Assembly: GCA_028689775.1 (NCBI GenBank)
Contig: JAQVCM010000011.1
Span: 87,077-151,076 of the forward strand
Origin: Crocinitomicaceae bacterium
Lineage (GTDB): Bacteria > Bacteroidota > Bacteroidia > Flavobacteriales_D > Crocinitomicaceae
Reading direction: 5' to 3'
Length of the DNA stretch: 64,000 nt
The notes under the pieces were generated by a model. The model did no database searches and had not been told where the DNA came from. It saw only the letters and a program-made list of their open reading frames with translations. The position numbers and the translations under genes were made by a program. This document shows, in pieces, positions 53,229 through 61,398 of the stretch; position 1 is the first letter of the stretch, and each line of letters opens with the position of its first letter.

Positions 53229-53696
53229 TTAGCAACAGCCACTGCCTGGTGTACAAGAAGATCCATTATTATATTCAGATAATTTAACTTTTGGTTTTTC
53301 ACTTGGTATGCCGCATTTATCTTTCGCCAAACAATCGGTTTGTTTATTAGTCAACAAAAAGTTTTTACCGTCAAAATCAAGTCCGAATTTCCCAATCGTA
53401 TTACCTTGATATTCCACTTCGATATCTAAATCTTCAATTCCTAAAATGCGTTCGGATAATTCAATGATGCTTAATAGTTTTTCTGGATGCAATCTGTGAT
53501 CATAGTCATTGGCGTTCCAAAGTTGGAAGTTCACTACCTTCTCGTTTCTCACAGTTCCGCCACAATCAATGAAGTGTTTTGTAACTTTTCCAACTTCTGT
53601 TACGTGAAAGTGGTTGGGTACTAATTCCCCATTTGGTAATTGGAAAGCGATCTTATCCAGTTTATTCAATTTGTTTTTAATTTCTGATAACTTCAT
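53229..53696 (-). CDS. DUF6428-like protein of ars operons with a Cys-rich C-terminus
   Basis: Positioned between arsR and arsC. C-terminal CTPGSGCC. The family assignment is from memory of Bacteroidetes ars clusters. Confidence 0.45.
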   Translation of the reverse strand: MKLSEIKNKLNKLDKIAFQLPNGELVPNHFHVTEVGKVTKHFIDCGGTVRNEKVVNFQLWNANDYDHRLHPEKLLSIIELSERILGIEDLDIEVEYQGNTIGKFGLDFDGKNFLLTNKQTDCLAKDKCGIPSEKPKVKLSEYNNGSSCTPGSGCC

Positions 53697-53751
53697 TTCT
53701 CTATATTTATTTGTTTATTGCGATTTAACGATTGATATAATGAAAAAATAA

Positions 53752-54060
53752 TTAGCAACAATCTGCTTTAGGAATGTCCTGATCTAAAAATTGATGCATT
53801 AACATTTTCATTTTAGTCCAGTTTTCACTGTCTATACAATAGCAGACTTTGACACCTTCGACAGTCCCTTTAATTAGTCCTAAGGTTTTTAATTCTTTTA
53901 AATGTTGTGATATAGTAGGTTGGGCAAGACCAATTTCTTCGGATAAATCTCCGCAATAGCAAGCATCAATTCTAAATAATTGTTGTAAAATAGCTACTCG
54001 AGCAGGATGTCCGAAGACTTTTGCGAATAGAGCGATTTCTTTTTGTTGGTCAGTATACAT
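53752..54060 (-). CDS. arsR: ArsR/SmtB-family metalloregulator
   Basis: Winged HTH (IGLAQPTISQHLKELKTLGLIK) and a metal-binding CYCGDL motif in helix 3. Confidence 0.8.
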   Translation of the reverse strand: MYTDQQKEIALFAKVFGHPARVAILQQLFRIDACYCGDLSEEIGLAQPTISQHLKELKTLGLIKGTVEGVKVCYCIDSENWTKMKMLMHQFLDQDIPKADCC

Positions 54061-54399
54061 TTTTTATATCCCTTCATTGTTTAATTGCAATATTACGATA
54101 AATAATTGAATAGTCTATTCCTTTTTTAAGTTTTGATAGGAACTTAAAATCTTTTACTGGAAATGGTTATGGAAAAATGAAACATTTTTGGTGTATTGCT
54201 CTTTTTTTAGCTTGTGGGTAACGGTTTTCGGCTTTGCGAGGGAGCGGATTTTAAGCACTACCTTTGATACGAAGCACGAAAGTTCAAATTTACGAAAAAG
54301 TTTCAATCGAAGCACTTCACCCGCTCTCTTGTAAAACCGATGTTGAACTAAACCTACGGTAGCCTTCCGCAACTATCCGTACATTTAGCGTTCACTTAA

Positions 54400-54798
54400 T
54401 ACATTTTATATGACAACGAAAAAAAAACGCCGGAAGAAGTAAGGTTCAATAAAGTCCTTAATCGTGCCTGTCGCGAAGTTAATGGCTTTTCAGAACTACT
54501 TCATCGTTTTGAACGGAATATTTCTGTTTTGGGCCGTAGTAAGAAAACGTTTGAGAATTACAGTCGCCATGTTGCAACAATGGCTTTGCACTTTCAGTGT
54601 TTGCCAACTGATTTGGATGCTGAACAAGTGCAAGAATATCTTTTTGAACTGCAAAAACGCAGTAAAACACCTTCGCAATCGTACTTTAAGCATACGGTTT
54701 ATGGACTTCGATTTCTCCTGAATGGATACAAAAAAGAGAAGCTGATTTACTTCCTTGTACGTATTATCACTTGGTTTTCACCTTGCCAAGTGAATTAA
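54400..54798 (+). pseudogene. tyrosine recombinase/integrase N-terminal (SAM-like core-binding) fragment, with no catalytic domain
   Basis: ..RSKKTFENYSRHVATMALHF..LDAEQVQEYLFELQKRSKTPSQSYFKHTVYGLRFLLN has the helical pattern of the integrase N-terminal domain. The frame ends after ~130 codons with no RHRY catalytic region. Confidence 0.4.
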
Positions 54799-54823
54799 AT
54801 TCGCTGCCTTTCTTTTGTTCGCA

Positions 54824-55363
54824 TTAATTGTTCAGTTTTAGTTTCATCATTATGTCGGTCTGCTCGTCATTGCCCAATTTGAAAATATGTTTGTCAAACT
54901 CTACGAAACCGTTTTTCTTATAAAAGTTTATAGCTCTTGGATTTTCTTCCCAAACGCCTAACCAAACAAAGTCAGAATTTTTCTGTTTTGCGACTTCAAT
55001 TGCTTTGTTATACAGAATTTGTCCAACACTCTTTCCGTGGAAGTCTTTCAAAACATAAATTCTTTCAATTTCAAGTCCTTTGTCGTCTTGAAGTTCAGTT
55101 TGTGATTGTCCAAAATTTAGTTTTAGGTAACCAATTACATTGTCGTTATGTGTCGCAAAATAAAACTCTGCGTTCTTGTCGTTAAGTTCAGTTGTCAATT
55201 TGTCGATAGAAAAACCTTCGTTTAAATATTTCGTCATATTTTCTTCGGTATTTCCTGTCGAAAAAGTTTCATAAAAAGTTTGTCTGCCAATTTTCTGTAA
55301 TTGGTCAATGTCGTCAAACGTTACCTTTTTAATTTTAATTTTTGTCATTTCTTTCGTTTGCAA
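54824..55363 (-). CDS. GNAT-family N-acetyltransferase
   Basis: Acetyl-CoA binding motif HGKSVGQILY and overall GNAT fold signatures. Confidence 0.7.
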   Translation of the reverse strand: MQTKEMTKIKIKKVTFDDIDQLQKIGRQTFYETFSTGNTEENMTKYLNEGFSIDKLTTELNDKNAEFYFATHNDNVIGYLKLNFGQSQTELQDDKGLEIERIYVLKDFHGKSVGQILYNKAIEVAKQKNSDFVWLGVWEENPRAINFYKKNGFVEFDKHIFKLGNDEQTDIMMKLKLNN

Positions 55364-55618
55364 TTTCGTCTTCTAAGGTTGCCACTAACGTTTTGCGGCT
55401 GGTGCTCTGTCGTCTGTCCTTGCTAACCATTGTCAGTATTGAGTTTCCGTTTCATTGAGTGTCGGCTGTGCGTTGCGTTTTTAATTTTTTTGAAGGGTCG
55501 GGAAATTTTTTAAAAACAATTTTTTTCTTGCGGTGGCTTTGCAAGCTCTTTGACAAAGCTTTGGTCTGTGCTTGGGCTTGTGCGGCTTTGGCAATGTGCT
55601 TGCAAATAGGGTTGGGCA

Positions 55619-57349
55619 TTATGTAAATACATCTCTAATCAATTTCTTTATTGTAAGGTTCTCAAGTTTAGATGCAATTGGTGATACATTGTCTAAGTTG
55701 TCTTTCCAGTGCATTCCTTCATTGTAAATTATTCCAAGCAGATAATGTGATTCGGGTGAAATAACTCCCATTTCTTCTGCTTTTTCTAATTTTGGTCTTG
55801 TTTTTTTAGTTGTCAAAAATGTGGTTTGAGCAACTGGATTTTGTAATCTATTATATGCTATTTCTTCAATTTTCACTCTTACTCCACCACATACTGCAAA
55901 AGGACAAAATTGTCGGTCATTCAAGTAATTATCTATTTCGCTAAACAGAAACTGATAAAAGTTATCAGACTCGCCCCAAAGCTCTCTTAAACCAAGTCCA
56001 TTAAACTCAGCTCGTTTGTTTATGTGTGTTGGGTAAAAATGAAGTAGGTGTTTTGAAACATCATCTTTAATTGAAATATGTTCTCTATTTCTGAGCAGTC
56101 TAACGATGCTTTGATTGACTTGAATATTTGATTTTTCGAGGTAGTAAACTTTTTGTTTGCTAAAAGCAAAATTCTTAAAATAGTTTGGGTTTAAATGTGT
56201 CAGAATGATTGGGTAAAGTCGCTTCCCTTCATCATTGAAATCTTTTATGAAAGTAGTAATGTAATATTGTGCTGCGGTCAGGTTTGCATCATCAAGGTAG
56301 TCGAACACTTCATCAATTATCAGAATGTTGGCATCTTTTTTTAAATGCTGTCTTGCTCTGAATAACATTGAAATGAAAGTCAAAATATCTCTTTGACCAT
56401 TTGATATATGAATAGCTTCTGGAAATTTCACAACTAATTGTCCACCTGTCTGACTGGCTCTAATTCCTTTCCAAGTGCAATTAAAAGTTGAGAGAGTATG
56501 TTCAAATCGCTGTTTGTCTAATTGGTAATTGCTATAGGCACAAGCTGCCTTGAAATTGTTAGGGTTATTGTTGTATAACCATATTAACTGAATTGCCACC
56601 AAATAGGCTTTGGATTCCGAATTATACCCAACATCAAATTCGTGTATGAGATTACCAATTGTATTTAAATAATCTATTTGTTTTAAGTCATTTAATCTGT
56701 TTGCCGTTATCCAATCTGTTAAAACATCTGCTGTGCCCGCCTGTTGATTTATTTCGTCAATAATAGCATTGATTCGAAGTTGAATTCTTTGACCATTAGC
56801 CCTTTCTAATGCTTGGTAATTCTGACTTAATTTTTCAACCAGCTTTAAATTATTTAGTGCAGCATTACGATTGGGTAATACCCGTGAATTTTGACCAAAT
56901 CTTCCTTGTGATGCCCTGAATTGATTACCAAAAGAAACATTATTAGGTATTCGGTCAACCAAAACTACATCTTTGATTTCAAGCCTTGCACTTGCTCTGC
57001 CGAATTGACTCCCAACTCCTTTGGGCTTTGTTGGATTGTTGATGACAAAAAAATCTAGTTCAGAACTTATTGTGTTTGTTGTTGCAGTGGCTTCAAGTGT
57101 AGCAATAGATGAATCAGGTCTTTCGTATTCGATATAAATTCTTGGTGGTAACGCTGGATTCTCCTGATGGTAGTTTTCTTCTGTTAAGTTAATTCGCCTG
57201 CTATTCATTTCATTGAAAGCCACAGCAAACGAACTTTTACCAAAACCGTTTGGAGCAACTAAAAGACTTGGTTTATTTGGCCAAATATCCAATGTAAACC
57301 TCTTGTGGCCTATGCCTTTTATGTTTTCTATTTCAATGACTTTAAGCAT
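55619..57349 (-). CDS. ABC/OLD-like (AAA_15/AAA_21-type) ATPase with an uncharacterised ~150-aa C-terminal domain; defence-associated
   Basis: Walker A (APNGFGKSSF), signature-like SNGQRD, Walker B/D-loop (ILIIDEVFDYLDD). The C-terminal domain has conserved CPFAVCGG and His residues. It sits 11 nt downstream of the MTase. Confidence 0.7.
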   Translation of the reverse strand: MLKVIEIENIKGIGHKRFTLDIWPNKPSLLVAPNGFGKSSFAVAFNEMNSRRINLTEENYHQENPALPPRIYIEYERPDSSIATLEATATTNTISSELDFFVINNPTKPKGVGSQFGRASARLEIKDVVLVDRIPNNVSFGNQFRASQGRFGQNSRVLPNRNAALNNLKLVEKLSQNYQALERANGQRIQLRINAIIDEINQQAGTADVLTDWITANRLNDLKQIDYLNTIGNLIHEFDVGYNSESKAYLVAIQLIWLYNNNPNNFKAACAYSNYQLDKQRFEHTLSTFNCTWKGIRASQTGGQLVVKFPEAIHISNGQRDILTFISMLFRARQHLKKDANILIIDEVFDYLDDANLTAAQYYITTFIKDFNDEGKRLYPIILTHLNPNYFKNFAFSKQKVYYLEKSNIQVNQSIVRLLRNREHISIKDDVSKHLLHFYPTHINKRAEFNGLGLRELWGESDNFYQFLFSEIDNYLNDRQFCPFAVCGGVRVKIEEIAYNRLQNPVAQTTFLTTKKTRPKLEKAEEMGVISPESHYLLGIIYNEGMHWKDNLDNVSPIASKLENLTIKKLIRDVFT

Positions 57350-57360
57350 ACTTTCGATTA

Positions 57361-60300
57361 TTAATCTTCATCCTCCTCACTCTCATTATCCACCAAAACT
57401 TCCTCTTCCAATTCATCCAATACAATTTCTTCTTTGGCTTCTATGCCGTAAAGGAGGTTTACCATTTCGTCTATTTCGGCTTCTATGGGGCGGAGTTGGG
57501 CGTTCATTTCTGCTCGGTCTATTTCTCCTGCAAAATATTCTTTCTTGATTGCCAAACATTCATCAAACTTTTTGTTGAATGCTTTCAGTTCTTTCTCTGA
57601 AGGAATAATAACTGGTAATTTTTTTATGTCATTAACAGGGATATTTACACTTGTATTGAAGAACTCCCTTAACAATTTGAAATGTAAATAGCTATTCAAT
57701 GTAAGGACAAAATATTTATCGCCAAGAAATGTCTGGTCAAACAAAGCTCTCGACCCATCGTCATTGACAGTTTTTCCTTTCAATCTTGCCTTAAAGTATG
57801 AACTATTTGGGTTTAAAACATTTGTATAACAGAATCCTTCTCGGAAGAAGAACTGTGGGTTTCTTATTACTGGATTTCCTTTGCCTTTGCCAGAATTTTC
57901 ATATAGCCACTTTACAGTTTCTCTGTTCCACAAAATGAAATTATATGTTTCCATAAACCAGCGATTACCTTCTTTATCGCCTTTATCGTATGGCACATAA
58001 ATTTCTTTTTTTGTTTTTATTCCATTATTTTTTTCGTCATCGGTTAATTCATCAACATTGGCAATTTCATCATTTGAAATAATTCGATAAATAAACCCTT
58101 TCCCAAAAACTAATGCACCAAAAGATGATTTGATGTCGTCAAATAATATTCTAATTTCTTTTTCACTTAAGGCATCTAAAACTTCTTTGCAAGTATCTAA
58201 ATCAGATATGTTCCTAAGTATTTTAAACTCGTTTCTAATCTTGGGATGTTTATCTATTGCTTTGAGTAGTTTTTCAGCTCGGCGTAAAGGAATTTTATCA
58301 GCTAAATAATGATTCTCAGATATGCCAATAAACTTACCATTATCGGCAGTTGACATACCAGCTCCTCCATCTGTTAGCAAACCAATCAATGTTAAATTAC
58401 CCTGCTTTAAATTCTTAACATTTTTCTGAAGCTCTCCTCTATTTCTTTCAATTTCTCTTGATGTTTCAATCTTACTCCACCAAGTGTCAAAAACAGGTCG
58501 GGCAGGTTTTACTATTTTTTCCAAAATCTGACAGTTGTATTCTGTTGGTGAGAAAATTGCGTAATTGATGGCTTTACGGTATGGTTCAAATGAAACTTTG
58601 AATTTGAGTAAAGTTGAATTTTCGTCTTTGAATACTTTGTCGCCATCGCAAGTATGAGAATGTTTCCATTTTGGTGTGTCGTGTCCTAATGCACTGAATG
58701 TTCTATCTAAAATACGTTCCCAACTAGAAAGATTTTCTTTTGATGTCCGAATCTGTTTCCATTCTTCTTCTGTAATATTGAAGGATTCAGCATTTGGTTT
58801 TCTAATGTCAATGTAAACTGTCTCAGGTTTATCAATGGCTCTTTCCTTCTTAACCGTGAAAATGGCAGTGTCCACCAATGCGGAAAATGCTTTAGGAGTA
58901 TTGATAATTTCGGTAACTCGGCATACAGGCAATATTTTTTCCTCGTTTACAAATAGACCTTCCTCTGATTGATTTGTTTTGGCAATGCCTAAGAAATGCA
59001 TTCGCATATTCTTTTTGGTTTGCAAAGTCAGGAAAGTGTCGGAAGTAATGTAACTCAACAAACCGCCTGATTTCAGTAATTCAAGCCCTCGGAAAGTAAA
59101 GTGATTGTAAAGGTCATCGCAAAAGCCGTATTCTTCTTCTAACTTTTTGCTAATACCCATACTGCTGATGAGTTTGGTATTTACATAAGGCGGATTGCCA
59201 ATAACAATATCAAAGCCCGGGTTTTTGCTTTCCTTGTTAAATATTCCAGGGAAAACAACTCTTTCAATGAAATAATCTTTAATGGTGTTTTTAAAGATTG
59301 CCAAATTGCCCAATTCTTCAGCCAATGCCTTTTCTTTTTTGCGGAGTTTGGCAATTTCTTTTTCGGCTGCTCGGTTTGAAACCAAATGATTGATACCCGA
59401 ACGAACAGAATTTAATTGTTTGGTAATATTGTCGCTTTGGCTGTCAACAACTCGTTCGAGTAATTTTACAATCTTCTCTTTTATTTCTTCTTTGGTTCCG
59501 TGTCGGTCGCTTTTGGTAATGAAGTACTGATTTTCGAGATTGACTAATTCTTTCAACAATTTCTCATTGTCAATTTGGTCAATCAAATTATTCAGATTTT
59601 GGTCTTTGTAAAAACGGAACAATGAGTTTTTCTTGTAAAACTTAAATTCAAGGTTGGGCAGTGGTTTCAGGTTGTAATTCTCTTTTGAGAAATCAACCCT
59701 TTGCTCCACAATCAACGAAAGCCAGCAACGTAGTTTGGTTATTTCAATCGCATATTCCAACAAGTCCACACCAAACAAACAACTCCGCAATAAGCCCAAT
59801 TTTTTCACATAGCGAATTTGCCCATCAGCAAACATTTCAGAAATATGCTCTCTGAATTGCTCGTCTTTTGACTTCATCATTTCAGCCACCCACACTTTGC
59901 CTTCGGGGTCAACGGTAGTTAGCACTTGCATCATTTCTTCCAACATACCCATTGGGAAAGCTCCCGAACCACAAGCAGGGTCAAGCACGGTTGTTTCCAA
60001 AAGTTTGTGAATGATGGTTTTGCTGTTTTCGGGTTTTATTTCAGTATCGAGATGTTTCAATAAAGTGCTTCGACACATATAAGAAACCACAGGACGGGGC
60101 GTATAGAAGGCACCCGCATTTTTACGGGCTGCTTCTTTGGTATCATCGCTTTGTTCTGCCAACAAGTTTTCAAAAATTCTACCCAACATTTCAGGGTCAA
60201 CGGCAATTTCTTCTTCAAGTGGTGTGTTCTCTGCAATGGTGAATTTGTATCGGGCAAGAATGCTGTTCAGTCCTTTTTCTCTGTCTAAAAACAAGGTGTC

Positions 60301-61398
60301 GGGAACAGCAAAGGCATTATTCACTTTCCCCAAATCGCACCAGTCGTTTGGATGAATGTCGAACAAACCTCCATTCAGGTAAGGTGAAAAGAAAATAGCA
60401 TCTTTGATAGCTTTTTCATCAGAAAAATTTGCAGCATAAACATCAAATACTTTTTTATCACGGTCTTTCTTTTCGCTGTTCAGTGCGTTAAAGAAAAGGT
60501 TTTGCAGAATGAATTTATAATAAGCTGTGCCTTTGCTTTTGGGTTTTATCAGGTCGTTTTCTTCTCCATTTTCAAACTCAGGCAACAATAAACCATCTTT
60601 CACCACTTTGAGTTCTTTCAAAAACCAAATAAAAATCAATCTGGCAATCAGACGAACGGTAAAATCTTTGTGTTTTTCAGAACCTGAATTTTGATCAGGA
60701 ATTTTAATGTCTTTTACTGCTTTATTGAACCAAGCAATAATGTCTTCATAAAAATTCTTGTTGAGAACTGAAATGGAGAATACCGATTGCCAGTAGTAAT
60801 ACAACTGCGTGAAACTCTTAACGGCTTTGCTTCCTGTGGTTGGAATCACCAATTGTTTGAGAATGGCTATATGTCCTCTGTGTGGTTGATTGGTGTCAAT
60901 GTCTTTCAGTAAAGAGACCTTGCCAACTTTTTCACCTTCCCGCCATTCCTGTTTGTATTTAATGCGTTCACTGTTGGCAAACGAAATCAGGTTGCCATAT
61001 TTAAAAATGATGGTTACTGGTGTGTAAGGGAAAGTGCGGTTAAATGCTCTTGTAATTTCAGCTAAATGGCTTCTTGTAATAGGTAAGCCGTCTTTTCTGT
61101 TTTTCAGTGTTACGCCAAAAAGCAACAAGCCGTCATAATCGGCTTTTAGTTTTTTTACTTGTGCTAAATTTTTGAATGTTTCAGTGCCTTCAAAAATGGC
61201 ATCGTTCACCATACCCAAAGCAAATACATCTTCAATGAGTTTATGTGCTTCGTTGGTAGCTTTGAATCGTTCGCCCAATACATCAACTGCTGATGCAGGT
61301 TCGTCAGCCAAATAATCAACTGGCACTTTGAGTTCTTCAAAAAACGCTTTTAAAGCATTTATGAAAGATTCGCTATGGAATTTTGAAATTGAATTCAT
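57361..61398 (-). CDS. MmeI/PglX-family (Eco57I-like) N6-adenine DNA methyltransferase, 1345 aa
   Basis: Motif I DPACGSGAF and motif IV GNPPYV. Family-specific upstream motifs: SPYLNGGLFD, VDPEMLGRIFENLL, GAFYTPRPVV. Confidence 0.85.
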   Translation of the reverse strand: MNSISKFHSESFINALKAFFEELKVPVDYLADEPASAVDVLGERFKATNEAHKLIEDVFALGMVNDAIFEGTETFKNLAQVKKLKADYDGLLLFGVTLKNRKDGLPITRSHLAEITRAFNRTFPYTPVTIIFKYGNLISFANSERIKYKQEWREGEKVGKVSLLKDIDTNQPHRGHIAILKQLVIPTTGSKAVKSFTQLYYYWQSVFSISVLNKNFYEDIIAWFNKAVKDIKIPDQNSGSEKHKDFTVRLIARLIFIWFLKELKVVKDGLLLPEFENGEENDLIKPKSKGTAYYKFILQNLFFNALNSEKKDRDKKVFDVYAANFSDEKAIKDAIFFSPYLNGGLFDIHPNDWCDLGKVNNAFAVPDTLFLDREKGLNSILARYKFTIAENTPLEEEIAVDPEMLGRIFENLLAEQSDDTKEAARKNAGAFYTPRPVVSYMCRSTLLKHLDTEIKPENSKTIIHKLLETTVLDPACGSGAFPMGMLEEMMQVLTTVDPEGKVWVAEMMKSKDEQFREHISEMFADGQIRYVKKLGLLRSCLFGVDLLEYAIEITKLRCWLSLIVEQRVDFSKENYNLKPLPNLEFKFYKKNSLFRFYKDQNLNNLIDQIDNEKLLKELVNLENQYFITKSDRHGTKEEIKEKIVKLLERVVDSQSDNITKQLNSVRSGINHLVSNRAAEKEIAKLRKKEKALAEELGNLAIFKNTIKDYFIERVVFPGIFNKESKNPGFDIVIGNPPYVNTKLISSMGISKKLEEEYGFCDDLYNHFTFRGLELLKSGGLLSYITSDTFLTLQTKKNMRMHFLGIAKTNQSEEGLFVNEEKILPVCRVTEIINTPKAFSALVDTAIFTVKKERAIDKPETVYIDIRKPNAESFNITEEEWKQIRTSKENLSSWERILDRTFSALGHDTPKWKHSHTCDGDKVFKDENSTLLKFKVSFEPYRKAINYAIFSPTEYNCQILEKIVKPARPVFDTWWSKIETSREIERNRGELQKNVKNLKQGNLTLIGLLTDGGAGMSTADNGKFIGISENHYLADKIPLRRAEKLLKAIDKHPKIRNEFKILRNISDLDTCKEVLDALSEKEIRILFDDIKSSFGALVFGKGFIYRIISNDEIANVDELTDDEKNNGIKTKKEIYVPYDKGDKEGNRWFMETYNFILWNRETVKWLYENSGKGKGNPVIRNPQFFFREGFCYTNVLNPNSSYFKARLKGKTVNDDGSRALFDQTFLGDKYFVLTLNSYLHFKLLREFFNTSVNIPVNDIKKLPVIIPSEKELKAFNKKFDECLAIKKEYFAGEIDRAEMNAQLRPIEAEIDEMVNLLYGIEAKEEIVLDELEEEVLVDNESEEDED

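Noticed and set aside
54154-54372. 72-aa minus-strand ORF in the GC-rich spacer between arsR and the integrase fragment
   Set aside because: It sits in a region of atypical composition with no RBS-like context and unnatural composition (K/R-rich). It is more likely noncoding island junction DNA.
54150-54460. Possible tRNA as an integration target next to the integrase fragment (gttcaaattt resembles a T-loop)
   Set aside because: No cloverleaf could be built. There is no complementary acceptor stem and no GTTC...C T-arm pairing, and the rest of the window has no tRNA-like T-loop motifs.
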